From NCBI GenBank assembly GCA_002719695.1, contig PBEQ01000016.1, forward strand, positions 1-57,467: 57,467 bases of DNA, given 5' to 3'. The stretch's first letter is position 1, and every line of letters begins with the position of its first letter. Shown here in pieces: positions 11,801 to 18,601 of the stretch. The notes under the pieces are model-generated. The model made no database searches. It had not been told where the DNA came from and saw only the letters and a program-made list of their open reading frames with translations. This DNA comes from a bacterium (GTDB taxonomy: Bacteria > Margulisbacteria > Marinamargulisbacteria > GCA-2716485 > GCA-002719695). The translations under genes and the position numbers were made by a program.

Positions 11801-11905
11801 CGTGCAGAATTTGCTGTAATTCTTGATAGACTCTTACTTTGGAAACAAAAAATGTTAGATGATAAAAATATTAATTTGAATTTTAGTGAACTAGTAGTTA
11901 ATTAA
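8828..11905 (+). CDS. Secreted giant coiled-coil protein with beta-rich middle region and C-terminal SLH-like repeats
   Basis: 1025 aa with a GGAG RBS and a signal peptide (LLFSMSLHA/SD). Residues ~130-530 are K/E/Q/L-rich and heptad-like. The middle is beta-strand-rich, with an FlgD-Ig-like segment (GDHSFTFDP...EGSYTLVCDV). Two SLH-like motifs sit at the C-terminus: AVTRLDFIEIVGRFLL and YLTRAEFAVILDRLLL. Confidence 0.75.
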   Translation: MRYFSLILTLLLFSMSLHASDIVVNIDPNPVQLESYFRISVVSEKPIKEAILLVGDDMFPLKKVSDQLFKIKLKAFNDLDSNNVFVNVVFTSSKVQMLPVQINVSQGNVYQPGINVSIDSDNFNSVSIDNTKLEIEYLEDKLDLLDQKNKRLNNEIANLNQRLKNQNQLDLTKKEIAQEQKKLDQLTDLLKQEMISKQNSIMELKKQMELFNLRQDEFNKREQELTSLSVNLSKQSEELLNKEQKIAQEKLLIQQKETAINQQRSLVKTSQLEVVKDRNMVDKMKNEIYVQKKELEKRNKQIRKKEKDLDTVIASIETNKSNLNSKEKQLKGLSIKINSERQNLMRVSEKLDVKKKQLDLEKNKFYQEKSEKEKNLKQAQKNVNEFEKKLLGTVSELSRLEKDYLDRSSQFLKEKERLDNDRLNYEKEKKAFDLEYSNLKLMESKIAVRVEILNNLGQHIDSQLSLLHKQISESEQTKKSYELDMSGKVGYLNNLTKLIEKRANKMEYRNKRLIVKNKQLSQRLASITAPDYRYSFSPYFGVRISDDSKSEYDEYGINFSAFLEKGYSVTLGVGTASYMKNSNSNHQNIVNESMGYISLAYLLNPKEQLGFYIRSLVSRPLKMAAAEINFGAGLDLKYHHNAKFSSFFGGYFLEAPYFSFGVEKYIIPTFKKSIAFDNQKNTPTVDEFEIENQATFDSNNDVFLSFNSIRPYFCFFPKSQRFDDVSSSWYEASVNRTSSLGLFDLKNSTVFNPKGYLTFKDISYSLVWARYIDQMVKPAPIKVEFSIVSDIQQSVFLSFYIFDKNGNKIKQLVDKKEFFIGDHSFTFDPQFSSLQEGSYTLVCDVFVNKISKAKSVGYNLESILITSYKEDFIINGGTSLTDFPEIKANFNAKETVPYIKQAIDYNWLSFDKNDIDLFSNQAVTRLDFIEIVGRFLLEEGAQNRNIEVDLTYYKDLSLIPKEKQKFLKEYVIELGYGGDQNQKLNPYQYLTRAEFAVILDRLLLWKQKMLDDKNINLNFSELVVN

Positions 11906-11984
11906 GATCTTTTAGATATGATACAATACTCTTAATTTACGTGTGATTTATGTTAAAATAAATTATTTTCTGGGAGAGAATTGT

Positions 11985-13346
11985 ATGACAGAAACATTGT
12001 TTAATAAAATTTTAATTGCTAATAGAGGCGAAATTGCGGTTCGAATCATTAGAGCTTGTAAGGAATTAGGTATTTCAACGGTTGCTATTTATTCAGAGGT
12101 TGATCAGAATTCGTTACATGTGAAACTTGCTGATGAAGCTATTTGTGTTGGACCTGCTACCCCGAGTAAAAGTTATTTAAATATTCCTTCTATAATTGCA
12201 GCATGTGAGGTAACTGGGGCAGAAGCTATTCATCCCGGGTATGGGTTTTTATCTGAAAATGCTGATTTTAGTGATGTTTGCGAAGCTAATAATATTGTTT
12301 TTATTGGCGCATCTGCTCGTTGTATTAATATGATGGGAAATAAGTCTGAAGCAAAAAAAACGATGAAGTCTTTAAGTGTTCCTATTGTCCCTGGTTCAGA
12401 GGGGGTTGTTTCGGATCTAGCTACTTTAAAAGAGATCGCAAAAGAAACGGGGTATCCTTTGCTTTTAAAAGCATCTGCTGGGGGTGGTGGCCGAGGTATG
12501 AGAATTGTTCATCAAGAATCGGAATTAGAAAGTGCTTATAATATGGCTCACAATGAAGCCATTTCTGCTTTTGGGAATGGCGATATTTATGTTGAAAAGT
12601 TTATTGAAAATCCTCGGCATATTGAGATACAGGTGTTATCTGATAAATCAGGGCACGCTATATATTTGGGTGAAAGAGAGTGCTCTATTCAACGTCGACA
12701 TCAAAAGTTAATTGAGGAAGCTCCATCTCCTATTATAACGGAAGAAATGAGAAAAAAAATGGGAGAGGCTGCTATTAAGGCCGCATCTGGTATTAACTAT
12801 GAAGGAGCTGGAACGGTTGAGTTTTTGGTTGATAACAAGTCTAATTTTTATTTTATGGAAATGAATACTAGAATTCAAGTTGAGCATCCTGTTACGGAAA
12901 TGATTACAGGAATTGATTTGGTAAAAGAACAGATTCGGATTGCTTATACTAAAAAACTAACGTTAACTCAGGATGATGTTAGTTTTAATGGGCATGCTAT
13001 GGAATTTAGAATTAATGCTGAGGATTATAAAAATAATTTTATGCCATCTCCAGGAACCGTAGATTTATTTTTACCTCCAGGAGGAAAAGGGGTTCGTACG
13101 GATAGTTTTATTTATCCAGGGTTTAAAATACCTACTAATTATGACTCTTTAATAGGTAAATTGATTGTTTGGGGAAAAGATAGATCGGAAACCATTCAGC
13201 GTGCTAATAGAGCATTAGAAGAATTTGTTATTGATGGGGTTATTACTGTAATACCGTTTCATCAAAAAGTATTAAAGCATGATGCGTTTATCAAAGGGGA
13301 GTTTGATACACATTTTGTTGATCAGTATATTGATGATTTAATCTAA
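11985..13346 (+). CDS. accC: Acetyl-CoA carboxylase biotin carboxylase subunit
   Basis: ORF opens at GTG 11943. A GGAGAG RBS plus ATG 11985 gives the canonical N-terminus MTETLFNKILIANRGEIAVR. ATP-grasp loop ASAGGGGRGMR; EMNTRIQVEHPVTE. Confidence 0.95.
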   Translation: MTETLFNKILIANRGEIAVRIIRACKELGISTVAIYSEVDQNSLHVKLADEAICVGPATPSKSYLNIPSIIAACEVTGAEAIHPGYGFLSENADFSDVCEANNIVFIGASARCINMMGNKSEAKKTMKSLSVPIVPGSEGVVSDLATLKEIAKETGYPLLLKASAGGGGRGMRIVHQESELESAYNMAHNEAISAFGNGDIYVEKFIENPRHIEIQVLSDKSGHAIYLGERECSIQRRHQKLIEEAPSPIITEEMRKKMGEAAIKAASGINYEGAGTVEFLVDNKSNFYFMEMNTRIQVEHPVTEMITGIDLVKEQIRIAYTKKLTLTQDDVSFNGHAMEFRINAEDYKNNFMPSPGTVDLFLPPGGKGVRTDSFIYPGFKIPTNYDSLIGKLIVWGKDRSETIQRANRALEEFVIDGVITVIPFHQKVLKHDAFIKGEFDTHFVDQYIDDLI

Positions 13347-13760
13347 ATGGGTACTAGGCATCTTGGTAGGAGGTTAGCAGTTCAAGCTTTATATCAGGCC
13401 TGTACTCGCAAAGATTTAAGTGTTGATGTATTAATAAGTTTTATTGATGCATCTGATAATGATTCACAAGCTAAATCATGGGGAAAAGATTTGGTTTTAG
13501 GAGCCTGGAAACAGCTTGCTAGTTCGGATTCTTTAATTGAAAAGTATTCTATTGGTTGGTCATTAGATAGGATTAATTTTATTGATTTAAGTATTTTAAG
13601 GTTAGCTTTTTATGAGTTGTCTGTAAGTGATTCTCCAGTCAACGTTATTTTAGATGAAGCTGTTGAATTAGCGAAGGAGTTTTCAACTGTAGAATCAGCA
13701 AAGTTTATTAATGGTATTTTGGGAAAATATGTAGCAGATCATGTTCACGGGAATCATTAA
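13347..13760 (+). CDS. nusB: Transcription antitermination factor NusB
   Basis: 137 aa, starting directly after the accC stop (TAAATG). NusB-like helical protein with C-terminal FINGILGK. Confidence 0.8.
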   Translation: MGTRHLGRRLAVQALYQACTRKDLSVDVLISFIDASDNDSQAKSWGKDLVLGAWKQLASSDSLIEKYSIGWSLDRINFIDLSILRLAFYELSVSDSPVNVILDEAVELAKEFSTVESAKFINGILGKYVADHVHGNH

Positions 13761-14358
13761 ATTAATTGGTAACATTAAATCTATAGCTACGCTCTCTGAT
13801 GGATTAGAGGTTGTGATATCCTGTAAAACAGATGATCTTGATATGAGCATTGGTGATAGTATTAGTGTTAATGGCGTTTGTTCTACGGTTGTTGCATTTA
13901 ATGATACTCAATTTACTGTCCATTATCTTCAGGAAACATTGCGAGTGACTACGTTTCATAAGATGGCTGTTGGTGATTATGTAAATTTAGAACCTAGTTT
14001 AACATTACAAACAAAATTAAGTGGTCATTATGTTTCAGGACATATTGATGCGGTAGGGTGTGTAATGATGCTTAAAAAAAATGATCCATGGGGTGTTTTA
14101 ACAATTAAATTTGATAATAAAATAGCTCCTTACTTTATATATAAAGGATCTATTGCAATTGATGGTATTAGCCTTACAATTGCTGAACTTACGGAAACAG
14201 AGTTAACGTGCCATATTATTCCTCATACATTTGAGCATACCATTTTGCAATATTATGATATTGGAAATAATGTTAATATAGAATGTGATATACTTGGTAA
14301 GTATATTTTAAAAGCTGTAAAGCATGGGGTTGTGGGAGCTAATAATGTCACACTTTAG
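13741..14358 (+). CDS. ribE: Riboflavin synthase (alpha chain)
   Basis: 205 aa. MFTGII N-terminus and two lumazine-binding repeats (GDSISVNGVCSTV, GSIAIDGISLTI). Overlaps nusB by 20 nt. Confidence 0.9.
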   Translation: MFTGIIKLIGNIKSIATLSDGLEVVISCKTDDLDMSIGDSISVNGVCSTVVAFNDTQFTVHYLQETLRVTTFHKMAVGDYVNLEPSLTLQTKLSGHYVSGHIDAVGCVMMLKKNDPWGVLTIKFDNKIAPYFIYKGSIAIDGISLTIAELTETELTCHIIPHTFEHTILQYYDIGNNVNIECDILGKYILKAVKHGVVGANNVTL

Positions 14359-15544
14359 TACGATTAAAAAAGCCATTCAAGATATTTCAAATGGAAAGAT
14401 GGTTATTGTTGTTGATGATGAAGATCGGGAAAATGAAGGTGATCTTATTATGGCTGCAGATTTCGCTACACCTGATGCAATTAATTTTATGATTAAACAA
14501 GCTCGCGGATTGGTTTGTGTTCCTGTTACCGATGATATTTTAGATCGTTTAGAAATAACGGAAATGGTTAAAGAGAATTCTGATCCTCATAAAACAGCAT
14601 TTACAGTTTCTTTTGATGCTCATTCAAAACATGGTATTTCGACGGGTATTTCTGCCTATGATAGGGCTAAAAGTGTTCGTATTCTTATTCACCCTAATTC
14701 AACAAAAGATGATATTATTTCGCCAGGTCATTTATTTCCGTTAAGAGCTAGAAGAATGGGTGTTTTAAAGCGAGCTGGGCATACAGAAGCTGCTGTTGAT
14801 CTTGCAAGGTTAGCTGGGTTACAACCGGCTGGTGTTATTTGTGAAATTATTAAGCAAGATGGTGATATGGCACGAATGCCAGATTTAGTTAAGTTTGCAA
14901 AGAAACATTCTTTATCGTTGATTACAATTAAGGATCTAATTCAATATAGAATTCAAAATGAATCATTTATTGAATTGGTTGAGACTATTTCATTGCCAAC
15001 AGATATAGCCAATTTTGATCTTCATTGTTATTTAGATAAATTAAATGATAAATATCATTATGCGTTAACTTATGGTAAATACAAAGTTAAACCCACATTA
15101 GTGCGTGTTCACTCAGAGTGTATTACAGGCGATGTATTTGGTTCTTTGCGTTGTGACTGTGCACCTCAATTACATACAGCAATGAAAATGGTTGCTGATA
15201 ATGGAAGTGGAATTGTTTTGTATATGAGTCAGGAGGGTAGGGGGATTGGAATAGCTAACAAATTAAAAGCCTATAAACTACAAGAAAATGGATTGGATAC
15301 TGTTGAGGCCAATGAGGAATTAGGTTTTTCAGATGATTTAAGAGACTATGGTGTGGGTGCTCAGATCTTGTTAGATCTTGGGGTAAAGGAAATGAATTTA
15401 ATTACTAATAATCCACGTAAAATAATTGGCTTAAAAGGATTTGGATTGTCTGTAAAAGAGAGAATTCCTATAAAAATAGAACCAGGAAAATTTAATCAAT
15501 CGTATTTAAAAACAAAACAAAAGAAAATGGGGCATATGTTATGA
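14345..15544 (+). CDS. ribBA: Bifunctional 3,4-dihydroxy-2-butanone-4-phosphate synthase / GTP cyclohydrolase II
   Basis: [11 protein letters not shown] (DHBP synthase) in the N-half; [17 protein letters not shown] (GCH II) in the C-half. ATG 14345 (MSHFST) is preferred over the ORF-track start 14324. Confidence 0.93.
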   Translation: MSHFSTIKKAIQDISNGKMVIVVDDEDRENEGDLIMAADFATPDAINFMIKQARGLVCVPVTDDILDRLEITEMVKENSDPHKTAFTVSFDAHSKHGISTGISAYDRAKSVRILIHPNSTKDDIISPGHLFPLRARRMGVLKRAGHTEAAVDLARLAGLQPAGVICEIIKQDGDMARMPDLVKFAKKHSLSLITIKDLIQYRIQNESFIELVETISLPTDIANFDLHCYLDKLNDKYHYALTYGKYKVKPTLVRVHSECITGDVFGSLRCDCAPQLHTAMKMVADNGSGIVLYMSQEGRGIGIANKLKAYKLQENGLDTVEANEELGFSDDLRDYGVGAQILLDLGVKEMNLITNNPRKIIGLKGFGLSVKERIPIKIEPGKFNQSYLKTKQKKMGHML

Positions 15545-16026
15545 AACAAAATCATGTAAAAGGTTTAGAACAACAAGATACAATTAAAGGTGATTTAGAT
15601 GGGAAATCATTTTCAGTTTATATTGTTGTGGCTTCGTATAATGGAGATATTGCACAGGGACTATTAGATGGTGCCTTGAACGCATTAAATGAGTGTGGAA
15701 CGACATCTATTAAGATTATTGAAACTAATGGTGCTTTTGAACTTCCGTTGGTTGCAAAAAAATGTGCTCCATTATGTGATGCCGTCATTTGTTTAGGTGC
15801 CGTTATTAAAGGAGATACGGCTCATTTTGATCATGTTTCTAATGAATGTGCTCGAGGAATACAACAGGTTATGCTTGAAACAGGTAAGCCTGTAATATTT
15901 GGTGTTTTAACGACCTATACTGTTTTTCAGGCAAAAGAAAGATCATTACCAGATTCGTTTAATGAGGGGTATGATGCTGCAAATACTGCGATTAGTATGT
16001 GTTCATTAATGACTAAACTATCTTAG
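15541..16026 (+). CDS. ribH: 6,7-dimethyl-8-ribityllumazine synthase
   Basis: 161 aa. Motifs GAFELP and ICLGAVIKGDTAHFDHV. 4-nt overlap with ribBA. Confidence 0.9.
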   Translation: MKQNHVKGLEQQDTIKGDLDGKSFSVYIVVASYNGDIAQGLLDGALNALNECGTTSIKIIETNGAFELPLVAKKCAPLCDAVICLGAVIKGDTAHFDHVSNECARGIQQVMLETGKPVIFGVLTTYTVFQAKERSLPDSFNEGYDAANTAISMCSLMTKLS

Positions 16027-16027
16027 T

Positions 16028-16630
16028 TTAATAAGAACGGATTGTTCCTATACATTTTCCTAAGATTTTTAAATTGGAAGATTTATAAACAAAAATGGGT
16101 TTAAAGTTATTATTTTCAGCTTTTAACGTAATGTGATTTTTTTCTTTAATATATCGTTTTAATGTTGCTTCATTATCAATAAGAGCTGCTACAATATCTC
16201 CTGAGCGAATTGGTAAATCTTTCTCAATTATTGCAATATCTCCCTCTAGGATACCTGCATTAATCATACTATCTCCTTTAATAGTTAAGGCAAATTTGTT
16301 TTTTTTATGTTTTAACATAGTTAGAGATTCTACAGTTTTATCAAAATGTTCAATGGCTTCTGTTGGTGTTCCAGCATGGATATGACCTAAAATAGGTGTT
16401 GAAAATGGCTGTGCTAAGAGCGTTAATGCTCTTGCTTTAGAATGGCGTTTGATGTACTTTTTTCGTTCAAGAATTTCTAGATATGTTCTAACAGTACCAT
16501 CGGAATTAAACTTGAATTCTTTAGCGATTTCTTTATAAGATGGGTAATATTGTTTGTCTTGAAAAAAATCATAAATAAAGTTTAAGATTGCGGCTTGTTT
16601 TTTTGTGAGGGATTCTAAACTATTGCCCAT
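16028..16630 (-). CDS. lexA: LexA repressor (S24 self-cleaving transcriptional repressor)
   Basis: 200 aa. N-terminal winged HTH (LTKKQAAILNFI, YPSYKEIA), Ala-Gly site (HAGTP), catalytic Ser (GDSM) and Lys (ATLKR). The start overlaps the upstream gene by 11 nt. Confidence 0.9.
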   Translation of the reverse strand: MGNSLESLTKKQAAILNFIYDFFQDKQYYPSYKEIAKEFKFNSDGTVRTYLEILERKKYIKRHSKARALTLLAQPFSTPILGHIHAGTPTEAIEHFDKTVESLTMLKHKKNKFALTIKGDSMINAGILEGDIAIIEKDLPIRSGDIVAALIDNEATLKRYIKEKNHITLKAENNNFKPIFVYKSSNLKILGKCIGTIRSY

Positions 16631-17189
16631 GTTCTAGTCTTGTAATAATTTCTACAATGTTTAAATTAGTTTTATCAATAGGTGTAATTTTTGCACTTAT
16701 TGAGGTTTTAAAATTATGAATAATATTTAATAATCCAATTTCAGATTGTTCTTGATTGTACATTAAATTATTTTTCATGCGATTAATAATAAGTGACTCA
16801 ATATCTTTTGTTTGTAATTGGTTCAGGGTGTGTATTAGGTTGTTAGCCGTATCGTTTGTTGCAATATTTTCAGTGATAAAAATAATTTCCTTTTCGCAAT
16901 TTTTTAAAAATATATTAATTTCATTTTGATCTTGATAACTATGCTTCATTGCATTTTCTATTAATTCGTTAATTATAGTAGATAAAATAGATTTAATTTC
17001 TTTTTTCTTATAAAATGATGAGACGCAATAATCAGCAAAAAAATTGGATATTAAACTACATTTTTCCCAATCTTTAGAATGATCAATAGGCATTTTAAAA
17101 GACAAAGAAACTTTTTCTTTAAGTTTTTTAAGTTTAGATTCGTCTAAATTTCCTAAGAATGTTGTCACTGTGATTTTAGATAGATTCAA
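16620..17189 (-). CDS. GHKL-like (SpoIIAB/RsbW-type anti-sigma-factor-like) protein
   Basis: 189 aa. N-box INELIENAMKH and G2-like SEIGLLNII, but the G1 DxGxG position reads ENIATND. Overlaps the STAS gene by 14 nt and lexA by 11 nt. Confidence 0.55.
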   Translation of the reverse strand: MNLSKITVTTFLGNLDESKLKKLKEKVSLSFKMPIDHSKDWEKCSLISNFFADYCVSSFYKKKEIKSILSTIINELIENAMKHSYQDQNEINIFLKNCEKEIIFITENIATNDTANNLIHTLNQLQTKDIESLIINRMKNNLMYNQEQSEIGLLNIIHNFKTSISAKITPIDKTNLNIVEIITRLEHGQ

Positions 17190-17514
17190 TGTCTAATTTT
17201 TCCCAAAGTTGTTTTAATGATAATAAAGTTTTTTGTTGCCAAGGAATTGAATTATTAATAATTAATTTCATATCTTTATTATCTTTCCTTGCTTGAATGA
17301 TAATTCTTGCTAATGATGTTATTCCAGAACTATTTAAGTATTCTAATGAAGTTAAGTTTACAGTAAGCGTATCCGTACAATTTTCGAGACTTTTTTTTAT
17401 GAGTGAAAATGGTTGATCGTAAGATAATGGCGATGGTAACCTCATAGATCCAGATATAGAGACTTCATTTAAAATGCTTGAGTCAATAATATAATCATCT
17501 GTTTTAATAATCAT
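17176..17514 (-). CDS. STAS-domain protein (anti-sigma-factor-antagonist-like), copy 2
   Basis: 112 aa. STAS core LEYLNSSGITSLARIII with the conserved Ser. Roughly two thirds identical by eye to the 18131-18469 product. Confidence 0.7.
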   Translation of the reverse strand: MIIKTDDYIIDSSILNEVSISGSMRLPSPLSYDQPFSLIKKSLENCTDTLTVNLTSLEYLNSSGITSLARIIIQARKDNKDMKLIINNSIPWQQKTLLSLKQLWEKLDIESI

Positions 17515-18025
17515 TTTTTAAATCCTTACTGTTTAAATTTAATGTTATTTGTGTTTTTAAAATTGTGGTTACATTCCTTGGTTTTTTTTCATAATCTATT
17601 TTTATAGATCCATTGTAGTCCTCAATAAAACTATAGATGGCATATCCTAGTTCTGCAAAAGTTTTTGTAAATATAATAGATTCAAAATTGTTATTTTTTT
17701 TGATTAAATAAATTTTTTTTAAATAGCTTTTTAATAGAGATATTTGCTGAAATTGAAGAAAAAAGGATAGGGTTATTGTTGTAATATTATTGGTTTTATT
17801 ACAAGTTAATGTATAATTTTCAGTTTTTTTTGCTCCATATTTAACAACTAGCTCTAAACATTCATTGATTACCGTGGCGATAACATTACTCAGAAATACT
17901 TCTTTCTGTTGATTGTTACTAAATAAACTTGAACAAAATATCGACGACAAACTGGCTCGTTTCCATGTTGAAATTATATCAGTAGGCAAGAATTTCATTT
18001 GAAAATTTAAACTATTATTTTTCAT
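17504..18025 (-). CDS. Degenerate GHKL-like paralog of the 16620-17189 product
   Basis: 173 aa. Shares the W-x-x-x-SL-S-x-F and INE motifs with the 189-aa protein, but the N-box is degenerate (INECLELVVKY; Asn and His lost). G2-like AELGYAIYSFI. Confidence 0.45.
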   Translation of the reverse strand: MKNNSLNFQMKFLPTDIISTWKRASLSSIFCSSLFSNNQQKEVFLSNVIATVINECLELVVKYGAKKTENYTLTCNKTNNITTITLSFFLQFQQISLLKSYLKKIYLIKKNNNFESIIFTKTFAELGYAIYSFIEDYNGSIKIDYEKKPRNVTTILKTQITLNLNSKDLKNDY

Positions 18026-18130
18026 TTTATTTTTTTGATATTTAAGAAGATAACTTAATAGTAACGCAAATTTGGTTTGTTTAGTAGGTTATTTATTGTT
18101 AAATAAGAGTGAGTTTATTGATTTTTTTTG

Positions 18131-18469
18131 TTAATCTAATTCAAATGATAATTGATCCCATAATTTATTTAATGACAGTAGTGTTTTGGCTTGCCATGGA
18201 ATTGATTTGTTAATTATAATTTTTAGTGGTTTGTTGTTAGCTCTTGCTTCAATAATAATTCGTGCAAATGATGTTAAGCCAGAGCTATTAAGATATTCTA
18301 AATCTTTTAAATCAATTGTTAGTATATCGCTTGCTTCTTCTAGGCTATTTTTAATTATAGAGAATGGTTTTTCATAAGATAGTGGGGATGGTAATCTCAT
18401 TTTTCCTGAAATTAGAACATGGTTTAATTGCTGAGCGTTGATAGTGTAGTCTTCTGTTTTTACAATCAT
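18131..18469 (-). CDS. STAS-domain protein (anti-sigma-factor-antagonist-like), copy 1
   Basis: ORF extends to 18508. ATG 18469 gives MIVKTEDY, colinear with the paralog MIIKTDDY and the same 112-aa length. Core motif LEYLNSSGLTSFARIII. Confidence 0.7.
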   Translation of the reverse strand: MIVKTEDYTINAQQLNHVLISGKMRLPSPLSYEKPFSIIKNSLEEASDILTIDLKDLEYLNSSGLTSFARIIIEARANNKPLKIIINKSIPWQAKTLLSLNKLWDQLSFELD

Positions 18470-18601
18470 GATTTTTATTACCTTTATATATATTTTTTTA
18501 TTTATCATACACTTTTTTATTAAAAAATTTTATATCTTTTTTTAAAATATGTTTTTTAGAAGCTTATGTATCTTATTTTTAATTATTGATAGTAAACTAT
18601 G

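Noticed and set aside
16640-16657. Palindrome TTGTA-N8-TACAA 10 nt upstream of the lexA start as a LexA (SOS) box. A second candidate is TTATTTA-N4-TAAATAA in the 18026-18130 spacer.
   Set aside because: Arms this short and AT-rich arise by chance in this composition. I found no similar motif upstream of uvrB (8631-8827), the other obvious SOS gene in the window.
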